NCBI GenBank assembly: GCA_022508205.1 | Contig: JAFLVQ010000003.1 | Coordinates: 1-41,408, forward strand | Reading direction: 5' to 3' | Length of the DNA: 41,408 bases | Origin: Spirochaetales bacterium | Lineage (GTDB): Bacteria > Spirochaetota > GWE2-31-10 | In this document: positions 29,861 to 39,327 of the stretch, one piece after another | Position numbering within the stretch: position 1 is the first letter of the stretch | Layout: each line of letters opens with the position of its first letter | The notes under the pieces: model-generated | The model's input: the letters and a program-made list of their open reading frames with translations, nothing else | Database searches by the model: none | What the model was told of the DNA's origin: nothing | Made by a program: the position numbers and the translations under genes

Positions 29861-30376
29861 ATGAAAAACTTTTTTGCTGCAATTTTTGCAATTACAATCA
29901 TTGCCGGTGGTTCAATTGCGTTCGCACAGTCAAAATCGGAATATCCTTCCGAACAAGCCGTTATGAAGGACTTGAAAAAGGAAAAAGGGACAATTTTTCC
30001 GCTCGGTGAACCTAACCGCAATTACGAAAACTATTTTACGGGAAGAACCTTTCTTTGTACTATGGCAAGCGACAGTATGAAAATTTTAAATGTTACCTTT
30101 ACAAAAGGTGCACATACTTTCTGGCATATTCATCATGGTTCCTGTCAGATTCTTGTAACGGAAGCAGGACGCGGATTCTACCAAATTTGGGGTGAAGAAC
30201 CGGTTGAGCTGAAACCCGGTGTGGTTGCTACGATTCCCGAAGGCACAAAACATTGGCATGGAGCTGCTCCGAATGCGACAATGCAGCACCTTTCCGTAAT
30301 GCAGGAGAATCCCGATGTTTCGACTGAATGGCTTGAAGAAGTCGATCCTGCGGAGTATGCCAAGTTGGGAAAATAG
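29861..30376 (+). CDS. Cupin-domain protein with signal peptide
   Basis: FPLGEPN..Y..YFTG, WHIHH..Q, HWHGA. SD GGAGGT before ATG 29861. AFA-Q cleavage site. Confidence 0.85.
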   Translation: MKNFFAAIFAITIIAGGSIAFAQSKSEYPSEQAVMKDLKKEKGTIFPLGEPNRNYENYFTGRTFLCTMASDSMKILNVTFTKGAHTFWHIHHGSCQILVTEAGRGFYQIWGEEPVELKPGVVATIPEGTKHWHGAAPNATMQHLSVMQENPDVSTEWLEEVDPAEYAKLGK

Positions 30377-30404
30377 ATTGAAAAAATAATTCGGGGGAAT
30401 TAAA

Positions 30405-30938
30405 GTGAAAAAAATTTTATTCATACTTTTTATCGGAGGTTCGATCATGGCTCAAGTAAATGCAAAAACGCTTGTAACGTATTTTTCCGCAACGGGAAAT
30501 ACGGAACGGCTGGCAAAAACTGCGGCAGCATCGTTGGAGGCGGACATTTTTGAAATTGTTCCTGCCCAAAAATATACAACGGCAGATTTAGACTGGCGCA
30601 ACAAAAAAAGCCGTTCGACAATCGAATGCAACGATCCGTCGGCGCGTCCGGCGATTGCGGAAAAAATAGATTTATCCGGTTATGATACTGTTGTTGTTGC
30701 GTTTCCTATCTGGTGGTACAACGCGCCTAAAATAATTTACACCTTTATGGAAAGTTATGATTTTACAGACAAAAAAGTGGTTTTGCTTTGTACTTCCGGC
30801 GGAAGCGGACTTGGCAGAACAACAGATGACCTTAAAAAAGTCACAACATCTGGAGCGCGGTTTTTGGGCGGGAAAAAAATCAGTCCCGAAGCCGGCGCAG
30901 ATGAAATAAAGAAGTATTTCGACACTGTGCTGAAATGA
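30405..30938 (+). CDS. Flavodoxin (flavodoxin_4 type) with short hydrophobic leader
   Basis: YFSATGNT, FPIWW, TSGGSG. Alternative in-frame ATG at 30447. Confidence 0.85.
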   Translation: MKKILFILFIGGSIMAQVNAKTLVTYFSATGNTERLAKTAAASLEADIFEIVPAQKYTTADLDWRNKKSRSTIECNDPSARPAIAEKIDLSGYDTVVVAFPIWWYNAPKIIYTFMESYDFTDKKVVLLCTSGGSGLGRTTDDLKKVTTSGARFLGGKKISPEAGADEIKKYFDTVLK

Positions 30939-30959
30939 GTTTTTAGGAGGAATATTTTA

Positions 30960-31778
30960 ATGAAGAAACTTGTACTTTCTGCGACGGTGATTTTCGCAGC
31001 AGTGTTCTTGTGTTGTGCTGCTCCGAATCAGGATAAAAATAATAAGGGAAAATCGAAAATGGATTTATCACTTTTTAAAACCGATGCAGAGTTTATGCAG
31101 ACTTTCCGCAATTTTTCGGATATTGAAGTTCCCGAATATGCAAAAGGTAAAATCGAGGAGAAAGAGCGGAACTTGGCAATTCTTGCGGCACTGCTCGCAG
31201 TTCAGGGGAAAGAGGAATTCGAGGTCGCACTGGATAAGGCACTTGCTTCCGGCAGTGTTACGGCTGTCGAGGCAAAGGAAGTTGTGTATCAGGCAACGGC
31301 ATATCTTGGATTCGGGAAAGTTCGTCCGTTCCTTGATTCTGCTAATAAAGTTATAAAAGCACGCGGAACAGCACTTCCGCTTGACAGTCAAAAAACGGTA
31401 AATGATGCAGCTGACGGTGAAAATTCGAGACTTCGTGCCGGAAATCAGAAGCAAATCGATTTTTTCGGCGAAGGAATACGCGAGGCTTGGCTGAACGGTG
31501 TGCAAAGCAGCCGTATAATCAACTATTGGCTTGCCGATAACTGCTTTGGAGATTACTACACGCGCACGGGTCTTACCGACAGACAGCGCGAGTTGATTAC
31601 CTTTTGTTTTCTTGCGAGTCAAGGCGGGTGCGAACCGCAGCTGGCAGCTCATGCAAAGGCGAATATCGGTATAGGCAATGACAAAGAATATTTGATTGTT
31701 GTTGTAAGTCAGATTCTTCCATATATCGGTTATCCGCGCAGTCTGAATGCAATCAGAGTTGTAAATGAAGCGGAATAA
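30960..31778 (+). CDS. Carboxymuconolactone decarboxylase (CMD/AhpD-like) family protein with signal-like leader
   Basis: KEVVYQATAYLG, NCFGDYYTRTGL, RELIT, GGCEPQL..H, PYIGYPRSLNA. Confidence 0.88.
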   Translation: MKKLVLSATVIFAAVFLCCAAPNQDKNNKGKSKMDLSLFKTDAEFMQTFRNFSDIEVPEYAKGKIEEKERNLAILAALLAVQGKEEFEVALDKALASGSVTAVEAKEVVYQATAYLGFGKVRPFLDSANKVIKARGTALPLDSQKTVNDAADGENSRLRAGNQKQIDFFGEGIREAWLNGVQSSRIINYWLADNCFGDYYTRTGLTDRQRELITFCFLASQGGCEPQLAAHAKANIGIGNDKEYLIVVVSQILPYIGYPRSLNAIRVVNEAE

Positions 31779-31793
31779 CTTTTTTTAAAATGA

Positions 31794-31830
31794 TGAAGCA
31801 CTTGGCGTAAAGCGGGTGCTTCAATTTTTT
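31794..31830 (+). terminator. Rho-independent terminator after the CMD gene
   Basis: TGAAGCACTTG-loop-CGGGTGCTTCA followed by ATTTTTT. Confidence 0.7.
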
Positions 31831-31880
31831 CTTTTAAGGTGTATCTGTAAATTGAAAATTTCTATTTTAAAGAGGCTGAT

Positions 31881-32450
31881 ATGAAAATGTTCTCAAGGAT
31901 TGCGCTGGCGGTTGTTATGATGTTTGGTGTGTGCGGTTTTGCATCTGCACAGGAGGCGACCGCAAAAAAGGACACATCAAAGACGCTGATTGTGTTTTAC
32001 AGCTGGGGAGGCACAACACGTGGAATCGCACAGAAAATTCGGAATAAACTGAACTGCGATAATTTTGAGATTCAGCTGATACATCCATATTCGACAAATT
32101 ACAATACCGTACTTAATGAAGCACAAAGGGATCAGCGCAGTCAGGCACGGCCGGAGATTAAGAATAAAGTAGCTGATTTTTCAAAGTACGACACAATTCT
32201 GTTGGGGTACCCGAACTGGTGGGCTTCTATTCCCATGCCGATAGCGACTTTCCTTGAAAGCTACGATTTTGACGGTAAGACGGTAATTCCGTTTTGCTCA
32301 AACGGCGGCGGAAGACTTGGGCAAAGCGTTTCGGCGATTACAAAACTTATTCCCGATGCAGTTGTACAAAATCCGCTTTCAATTCATTATTCCGGCGGAA
32401 CTACGCTTGATTCTGATTTGGACAAGTGGCTTGCAAAAAACGGGTATTAG
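31881..32450 (+). CDS. Flavodoxin with Sec signal peptide
   Basis: ASA-Q cleavage site. FYSWGGTT, LGYPNWW, PFCSNGGG. Confidence 0.85.
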   Translation: MKMFSRIALAVVMMFGVCGFASAQEATAKKDTSKTLIVFYSWGGTTRGIAQKIRNKLNCDNFEIQLIHPYSTNYNTVLNEAQRDQRSQARPEIKNKVADFSKYDTILLGYPNWWASIPMPIATFLESYDFDGKTVIPFCSNGGGRLGQSVSAITKLIPDAVVQNPLSIHYSGGTTLDSDLDKWLAKNGY

Positions 32451-32459
32451 GAACTTAAT

Positions 32460-33338
32460 ATGAAAAAAATATTTTTTGACAGTTGTTTGTATTTAAGCGC
32501 AATTTTGGTTCTGCTTTTTCCTGTCGGGACATTGTCTGCCCAATCAAAAAAATCATCATCGGTTCAGAACATGATTTTGATAACCGGCGGAACTTTCAAC
32601 ATGGGAAGTCCGGAAACCGAAAATTGGCGCGAAAAAGACGAACTGCTTCATCCCGTGACGCTGGACAGTTTCTATATATCACGCTATGAAGTGACGCAGG
32701 AAGAATATGAACGTGTGATGAAGAAAAATCCGTCGTCATTCAAAGGGAAGCTGCTTCCGGTGGAAAATGTCACGTGGTATGATGCAGTACACTTTTGCAA
32801 TGCACTCAGTGCAGCGGAAGGACTTTCGCCGGTTTATGAAGTCAGCGGTGACCGAGTTGTTTGGAATAGAAATGCAGACGGTTACAGGCTTCCGACCGAA
32901 GCCGAATGGGAATTTGCCGCACGTGCCGGAACTCAAACGCCGTTTAGTTCCGAGAAAGCTCCGGGTGATTCAGATGCTAATTTTTATGCCCATTATCCGT
33001 ACAACATTGAGCAGAATTATTTTAATGACAGTGTCCTTGATACTCGTCCGGGTCATTATCGACAGCATACTGTGGAAGTCGGAAGTTTTAAACCGAATGG
33101 CAGCGGACTTTACGATGTGCATGGGAATGTAAGCGAGTGGTGCTGGGATTTTTACGGAAACTATTCGATTGGTGCGGCGAAGAATCCGACTGGTGCCGAA
33201 AAAGGTTCTGCAAGAATAGCGCGTGGCGGCGGCTGGAACGATTTCGGGAAACATCTGCGCTGTGCATATCGTTCAAGTCAGATTCCTGATGAAGCTTCGC
33301 TGAGCTGCGGGATTCGCGTTGCAAAAAACACAAAATAA
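32460..33338 (+). CDS. Formylglycine-generating-enzyme-fold (FGE-sulfatase/SUMF1) protein, exported
   Basis: GGTFNMGS, YEVTQ, PVENVTWYDA, RLPTEAEWEFAARAG, GNVSEW, RGGGW. Lacks the catalytic CxxxxC of true FGE. Confidence 0.88.
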   Translation: MKKIFFDSCLYLSAILVLLFPVGTLSAQSKKSSSVQNMILITGGTFNMGSPETENWREKDELLHPVTLDSFYISRYEVTQEEYERVMKKNPSSFKGKLLPVENVTWYDAVHFCNALSAAEGLSPVYEVSGDRVVWNRNADGYRLPTEAEWEFAARAGTQTPFSSEKAPGDSDANFYAHYPYNIEQNYFNDSVLDTRPGHYRQHTVEVGSFKPNGSGLYDVHGNVSEWCWDFYGNYSIGAAKNPTGAEKGSARIARGGGWNDFGKHLRCAYRSSQIPDEASLSCGIRVAKNTK

Positions 33339-33339
33339 T

Positions 33340-34032
33340 ATGAAAATGAAAAATTATAACGCAGTAAAAATCGTAAAGCGGGTTATTGATCTCGCAATGA
33401 TTTTGCTTTCTGTGCTGCTGATGGGCGGCATAACGGCATTTAGGAATGTGACGGTGCATGAATGGCTGGGTACGGCTCTTACGGTACTGTGGATTTTTCA
33501 CAATATATTAAATCGCAATTTTTATAAGTCGATTTTTCGCGGGAAATACAATGGTTTTCGTATTATTATGGTTTCTGTAAATCTTGCGCTTATTGCTTGT
33601 GCGTTTTTACTTGCTGCAAGCGGAATTATACTTTCCAATTCGGTGTTCGTTTTTCTCGGAATAGAGAACGGAATGGCGTTTGCGAGAACGGCGCATCTTG
33701 TGGCAAGTCATTGGTATTATATTTTGATTGCATTTCATTTTTCACTTCATGCCGGAGTGATTTTCAGTTGTATTCCGGTATTAAAAAACGGCTCAATGGT
33801 CGGAAAAATTCTTCGCAAACTTCCTTTAATTATATCTGTCTACGGAATTTATGCGTTTGCGATTCGCGGATTTTATAAATATCTATTTTATCTCCAGCCG
33901 TTTTTCTTTTTTGATGTAGAACGCGGGGTTGCTCTTTTTATTTTGGATTACTTTTCGATTTTTGTTCTTGTGGCAACGGTCTTCTATTATATTGGAAATA
34001 TATTGAAGTATTTTTCAAAGAAATCGATATAA
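33340..34032 (+). CDS. DUF4405-type membrane protein (putative cytochrome b-like)
   Basis: ID..M, HEWLG, FHN, ASG, AHL..SHW, FHFSLH. Several TM segments. Confidence 0.75.
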   Translation: MKMKNYNAVKIVKRVIDLAMILLSVLLMGGITAFRNVTVHEWLGTALTVLWIFHNILNRNFYKSIFRGKYNGFRIIMVSVNLALIACAFLLAASGIILSNSVFVFLGIENGMAFARTAHLVASHWYYILIAFHFSLHAGVIFSCIPVLKNGSMVGKILRKLPLIISVYGIYAFAIRGFYKYLFYLQPFFFFDVERGVALFILDYFSIFVLVATVFYYIGNILKYFSKKSI

Positions 34033-34146
34033 AAAAGCCGTTTTTACTTTGCGGAACTTTTTTTGTTCTGCCGTAAGATCAACAGCCGATGCGTAGTTTA
34101 GCTCGCAAATTGTGTTATGACAAATCAGTATAATTAAAAATCGGAA

Positions 34147-34850
34147 GTGAGAGAAATGAAAGACGAAAAGAAGCCCGAGCCGAACTCAATATATCCGATT
34201 GCGGGATACGATAAGGAAATCTATGTGAAACCGACAATTACAAATCCGAATATTATTGTCGGAGATTTCACATATATTGCGGATTCCGAATTTGAAAACC
34301 GTGTTTCATATCTGTACGAATGGAACGACGACAAACTGATTATCGGAAAATTCTGTCAAATTACGGCAGGAGTTAAGTTTGTTATGAACGGTGCGAATCA
34401 TCAGATGAATGCCGTTTCTACGTTTCCTTTTTACACTTTGGAGGGGTGAATGCGCCCGCAAAGTCTGATATGCCGCTGAAAGGTGATACTGTCGTTGGAA
34501 ATGATGTGTGGATTGGACAGAATGCTGTTATTCTTCCGGGCGTACATATCGGGGACGGCGCAATAATCGGTGTGGACAGTGTCGTCGGCAGCGATGTCGA
34601 ACCATATACTGTTGTCGTTGGCAACCCGGCAAAAATTTTACGAAAACGATTTGACAGCGAAATGATTGGACTGTTGCTGAAGTTTAAGCGGTGGGACAAG
34701 AGCATTGATGAGATTAATAATTTAATCCCGATACTTACTTGCGGTAATTTGGAAAAGGTTAAAACAGAACTCGGAATGTCAGCAAATTGCCATTTTATTT
34801 TTTACACGAAAATAATGTGCCGCTTTTTTGTATTTACGTTTTGTAAATAA
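34147..34850 (+). pseudogene. Frameshifted Vat/CatB-type (xenobiotic) hexapeptide O-acetyltransferase
   Basis: N-half (NIIVGDFTY, DKLIIGKFCQI, MNGANH, STFPF) stops at TGA 34447-49. C-half (KGDTVVGNDVWIG, PGVHIGDGAIIG, VGNPAK) continues in another frame. Confidence 0.82.
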
Positions 34851-35333
34851 GGCAAAGTCGTTTTTCAAATAATTCTGTTCGGAACAGATAATTTTTGCGG
34901 CTTTTAAAATTTTCTTTTGAGTTCTTAACAGCATTTTCGATATTTCACTTTCACCGAATATATTAGAGTAAGAATAATGATTGCCGCATTCTTTCATCTT
35001 CACCGGAAAAATCGCGTTAATCGGAGTTTCGCACGAAATCATTTTTTCTCTTATCTGCAAAGATGTAATTCCATTGTTATTATTATATGTGTAAATTGAA
35101 AAAATATAAGGGGTTCCGTCTATTTTTAATTCGGACAGAAAATGCTTAACGATATTGGGAAGTCCGCCTCGAAATACAGGAAATACAAAACCGATTTTTT
35201 TTGCGCGGATAGGTTTATTTATATCGTAATCTTTTATTGCGATTATGTCACAATTTGTTAATTCATTTGCTAATGCAAGAGCTGCCCAAAAACTTTTTCC
35301 GGTAGTACTGAAATAAAAAATCTTGTTTTCCAT
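34779..35333 (-). pseudogene. EFR1-family flavodoxin-like protein lacking its C-terminal ferredoxin domain (probably truncated)
   Basis: IFYFSTTGKS, IGFVFPVF.GGLPNIVKHFL. Ends at ...KMAIC* where CxxCxxC would be expected. Overlaps the vat frame. Confidence 0.55.
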
Positions 35334-35415
35334 ATTTCCCCCTCATGATGAAAATGATTCTTCTTTAATTGTCGGAAAAATAAAATTTTTCATGAAGGAT
35401 AAATTTATATTTAGA

Positions 35416-36015
35416 TTAAAGATGTTTAAAAATATCAGTAAAAATTTCAGTAATTGCTTTAGTGCCGTCGACGATGTGAATATTCCATCCTGCATTTTTG
35501 AATAATTCGATCCCTTTCAGGTAATTCACTCTGATTTTCTGCTGTGATTCTCGGAATTCATAGATTTCACGGTTACTCCGTTTTTCCAGACGTTGCATAC
35601 AAATATCGACAGGCGTATCGATGAAAAAAGTTACCTGCGGAATCGGAAAGTTTTTGTTTAAATTCAAAATAATTTCTTCATTTACATCAATGCCTTGATA
35701 TGCAAATGAAGAAAGAATGTATCTGTCGCAAAATATTTTCTGTTTTTTGGATTGTTCGATAATACCGCCATTGCTGTATAAATGGCAACTTCTGTCTGCT
35801 GCGAATAAATAAGCCAAAGTAATTTTATCGATTAATAAGCGATGACTGAGAATATTTCTTATTAATTTTCCGATTTCACTGTCGGTCGGTTCGCATGTAA
35901 AAATGCTGTTCGGCAATTCTGCGGCTAATTTTTTTGCCTGCGTGGTTGTTCCGGCTCCGTCGAGTCCTTCTATTGCAAAAAAATTAGGAATAACTTTATT
36001 TTCATTCTCAGTCAT
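35416..36015 (-). CDS. tmk: Thymidylate kinase
   Basis: IEGLDGAGTTTQ, EPT, LFAADR, DRYILSSFAYQG. Confidence 0.93.
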   Translation of the reverse strand: MTENENKVIPNFFAIEGLDGAGTTTQAKKLAAELPNSIFTCEPTDSEIGKLIRNILSHRLLIDKITLAYLFAADRSCHLYSNGGIIEQSKKQKIFCDRYILSSFAYQGIDVNEEIILNLNKNFPIPQVTFFIDTPVDICMQRLEKRSNREIYEFRESQQKIRVNYLKGIELFKNAGWNIHIVDGTKAITEIFTDIFKHL

Positions 36016-36023
36016 ATCAACTT

Positions 36024-38174
36024 TTACTTATCAATTAATATAATTATACTTCTCGGAGCAACTGTAATAACCGAAGTTCTCACACGTGTTTCTTTTCCCG
36101 GAGTTTTTAATCCGGCAGGGGTAGAAGTATCTACTGCCAAATGCCAATATTTTTTTGTGGCAGGTGTGGGCAGATGAAATGTTTGACTTTCCCAATGGGC
36201 GTTAATTGCAACATAAATATTATTGTCGTTTAAGTCTGCACCCGTTACAGCTTTATTACCGTTCAGCATAAAAGCTATACAGTGACTGTTTTCGCTCCAA
36301 TCCGGTTTCCCGATTTCAAAACCATGCCAACTTATGTCGGAAGAATTGTATCCGCTGGAGTTTATTCCGGTAAAGAAGCTGTTTCGCCGCAGTACGGGAT
36401 GAACTTTGCGGAATGCAATCATATTTTTGCAGAAGTTAAAAAATCTTTTGTTTTTAGTGTATAAAGACCAATCGAACCAGTTGAGCTTATTGTCGTGGCA
36501 GTATGTATTGTTATTTCCGTTTTTGGAAAATTTCACTTCGTCGCCATACAAAAACATCGGAGTTCCCTGACTTATCATTAATAATGTAAATAAATTGCGC
36601 ATCTGTTGTTCGCGCAGTTCGAGAATATTTTCATCGGTTGTAATGCCTTCTTGCCCGCAGTTCCAGCTTACATTGTTATTATTGCCGTCACGATTTCCTT
36701 CTCCGTTTTCGATGTTATGCTTTGTATTGTACGTTACGATGTCGTTCAGTGTAAAGCCGTCATGTGCAGTGATGAAATTTATACTGTGGTATGGGCAGCG
36801 GTTTTTTAATGAAAATAAGTCTGCGCTTCCGGAAAGACGCTGCGCAAGTTCTCCGACAAGATTATTGTCACCTTTTACAAAGCCGCGTACCGCGTCACGA
36901 AATTTTCCGTTCCATTCCGCCCATCCGGCAGGGAAATCTCCGACTTTGTATAATCCGGCGGCGTCCCATCCTTCGGCAATAATCTGAGCCGAACTTAAAA
37001 TAGGGTCATTGCTGATTTCATTCAAAATAGAATAATTCGGCACCCAGTTTCCGGCTTCGTCCCTCCCCAAAATTGCGGCTAAATCGAAGCGGAAGCCATC
37101 GACGTGCATGTCGACAACCCAATATCTTAAACTGTCGAGTATTAATCTTTTTACAATCGGATGATTGCAGTTCAATGTATTTCCGCAGCCGGAATAATTC
37201 TTATAATATCTGCCTTGTTCCGTCATATAATAAATTGAGTTGTCGATACCTTTGAAACAAACAGTCGGACCGTATTCGTTGCCTTCTCCCGTGTGATTGT
37301 AAACAACATCGAGAATTACACTGATTCCGGCTTTATGAAGAGCTTTTACCATTTCTTTGAACTCATACACTGCATTAAGACCGTTTTCGTTTTTTGCATA
37401 CCAACTGTCAGGCGCGAAAAATCCCAGTGAAGAATATCCCCAGAAATTGTATAAAGATTCATTTGTTATAGGGTTCTTTTTAAGATTTTCTTTGTGATTG
37501 AAATGATGCACCGGCATAAGCTCTACGGTTGTGATCCCCAGTTCTTTAAGATACGGGATTTTGTCTATTATTCCCAAATATGTTCCCGGTTCATGTTTGC
37601 CGTTTTTATCATTCAATGTAAATGCACGAATATGCATTTCGTAAATAATCGAATCTTTCATGGGAGCGGACAATGCCATGTCGCCTTCCCAATCGAAATT
37701 TTGCCCATCGACAACAACTGATTTTGCAGTAAAACCGAAATTGTTTTCTTCGCTGAAAGACAAATCACCCAGCGGACTGCCGACTTGGTACGCGAAAACT
37801 TCCTCTTTCGACCAATCGTATTTGCCGGAAATCGCTTTGGCATAAGGATCCAAAAGTAATTTATTTTTGTTAAAACGGTGACCTTCATTGTCGGGCCAAT
37901 AAGGACCGTCGATTGTATAGCCGTAACATTGACCTTCTTTTATGCCGGCAATGAATATATGCCAAATGTCGCCCGTTTTATTTATTTTGGGGTCAAGATT
38001 CAAAATATGCGAAGGTTTTGAATCGTTCGGGGTATCAAATAGTAACAATGAGACTGCCGTTGCGTTTTTAGAAAAAATGGCAAAGTTGCAGCCGTTTTGA
38101 TTAAGTTCCGCACCGAGCAAATACGGCATACCCGGTTCTGTTTTTAAAGTTCCAAACATAATGAAGTTATGCAT
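36024..38174 (-). CDS. glgX: Glycogen debranching enzyme / isoamylase (GH13)
   Basis: LLDPYAK, IYEMH, VELMPV, NFWGY, LDVVYNHT, DGFRFDLA, AEGWD, TAHDGFTL, GNNNTYC. Confidence 0.95.
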   Translation of the reverse strand: MHNFIMFGTLKTEPGMPYLLGAELNQNGCNFAIFSKNATAVSLLLFDTPNDSKPSHILNLDPKINKTGDIWHIFIAGIKEGQCYGYTIDGPYWPDNEGHRFNKNKLLLDPYAKAISGKYDWSKEEVFAYQVGSPLGDLSFSEENNFGFTAKSVVVDGQNFDWEGDMALSAPMKDSIIYEMHIRAFTLNDKNGKHEPGTYLGIIDKIPYLKELGITTVELMPVHHFNHKENLKKNPITNESLYNFWGYSSLGFFAPDSWYAKNENGLNAVYEFKEMVKALHKAGISVILDVVYNHTGEGNEYGPTVCFKGIDNSIYYMTEQGRYYKNYSGCGNTLNCNHPIVKRLILDSLRYWVVDMHVDGFRFDLAAILGRDEAGNWVPNYSILNEISNDPILSSAQIIAEGWDAAGLYKVGDFPAGWAEWNGKFRDAVRGFVKGDNNLVGELAQRLSGSADLFSLKNRCPYHSINFITAHDGFTLNDIVTYNTKHNIENGEGNRDGNNNNVSWNCGQEGITTDENILELREQQMRNLFTLLMISQGTPMFLYGDEVKFSKNGNNNTYCHDNKLNWFDWSLYTKNKRFFNFCKNMIAFRKVHPVLRRNSFFTGINSSGYNSSDISWHGFEIGKPDWSENSHCIAFMLNGNKAVTGADLNDNNIYVAINAHWESQTFHLPTPATKKYWHLAVDTSTPAGLKTPGKETRVRTSVITVAPRSIIILIDK

Positions 38175-38433
38175 TATACCTTCCTGAAATGATTAAGTTA
38201 TTAATAATAGGGTATTTCCCTAAAAAACTTATCGGCAATTATTTTAATTCGGAGGCAAAACTTTTTTTGATAGTTTGGAAGTAACTTTTTATTTTTGATT
38301 GATAATCGTGAAAGATTTAGCATAAAATCGAATTGCTTTCAATGAAATATGTAAAAAAGCTGTTTTCGTTTGTTTTTTGCTGTCTTTATGTCGAAAGCTA
38401 AATAAAATTTTGGAAAAAGGATTTTTGAAAAGT

Positions 38434-39294
38434 ATGAAGAAGACAATTTTATTTTTATCAATGCTCATATTTGGCACTGTCGTAATGTCCGCACAGACTT
38501 TGCATACAACACTTGGAGATTTGTCGGATGATGCAGTTGTGGTTGAAGTCGGAGAATACGGAGTTACGGCATTGGAACTGAAAGTTTATATGTCGGGGTA
38601 TCAATCCGTAAAGGAATGGAATAGTGAAAATATTTTGAATGTATTGAATTCAATGGTTCTTGATTTATTATTTACCAATGCCTGCCTTGACGAACAAATT
38701 ACGGTAAAGCAGTCTGAAGTTTTGTATTACACTGAATATTATTTCAATAAAATCGGTATCGATCTGAATAATGAGCAGCAGGTGCAGGCGTATTTCGATA
38801 CTACGGATCCTTATGCCGATATGGAAGATTTTTTGAATAAATCAACATTTTTTCTTTTGAAGATGAAATATTTTGCGAAAAAAAATCTTTTATCTGCGAC
38901 GAAAGTTTCGCACGTATTTTTTTCTACTCAAAAGAAAACCGCAGCAGAAAAGAAAATGGTTCAAAACAGAGTGTCTCAGGCTTTTTATGATATAGAAATG
39001 GGCGATGTGACTTTTACCGATATGTTCAGATTATATTCGGAAGATGAGAATTCAAAAAATAGTTTGGGAGACATCGGAACATGCTCTTTAAAATCGAAAA
39101 ATGACTTTATTCCCAAGAAGAGAACAGAAGACATATTGAGTGCAGGTTTGTTTGTTCCCGTGATAGTAGAAAATGCAAAAGGCTACAGCATTGTTCTAAA
39201 TACAACTTCACAATTTCCGTCTGGCAATGAACTTGATTTGGTAATACGAGGTTTGTTCGATAAATATCCGCCTAAATACCATATAAGTTTTTGA
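38434..39294 (+). CDS. Exported SurA/PrsA-like protein with parvulin-type PPIase domain (divergent)
   Basis: Signal peptide MKKTILF...MSA-Q. VSHVFF and YSEDENSKNSLGDIG motifs. Confidence 0.62.
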   Translation: MKKTILFLSMLIFGTVVMSAQTLHTTLGDLSDDAVVVEVGEYGVTALELKVYMSGYQSVKEWNSENILNVLNSMVLDLLFTNACLDEQITVKQSEVLYYTEYYFNKIGIDLNNEQQVQAYFDTTDPYADMEDFLNKSTFFLLKMKYFAKKNLLSATKVSHVFFSTQKKTAAEKKMVQNRVSQAFYDIEMGDVTFTDMFRLYSEDENSKNSLGDIGTCSLKSKNDFIPKKRTEDILSAGLFVPVIVENAKGYSIVLNTTSQFPSGNELDLVIRGLFDKYPPKYHISF

Positions 39295-39327
39295 CAGAGA
39301 AAATATAAAAAAAAACACAAAAAACAT

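Noticed and set aside
34447-34449. Selenocysteine or read-through at the vat TGA
   Set aside because: Homology resumes in a different frame, and the same frame hits another TGA shortly after.
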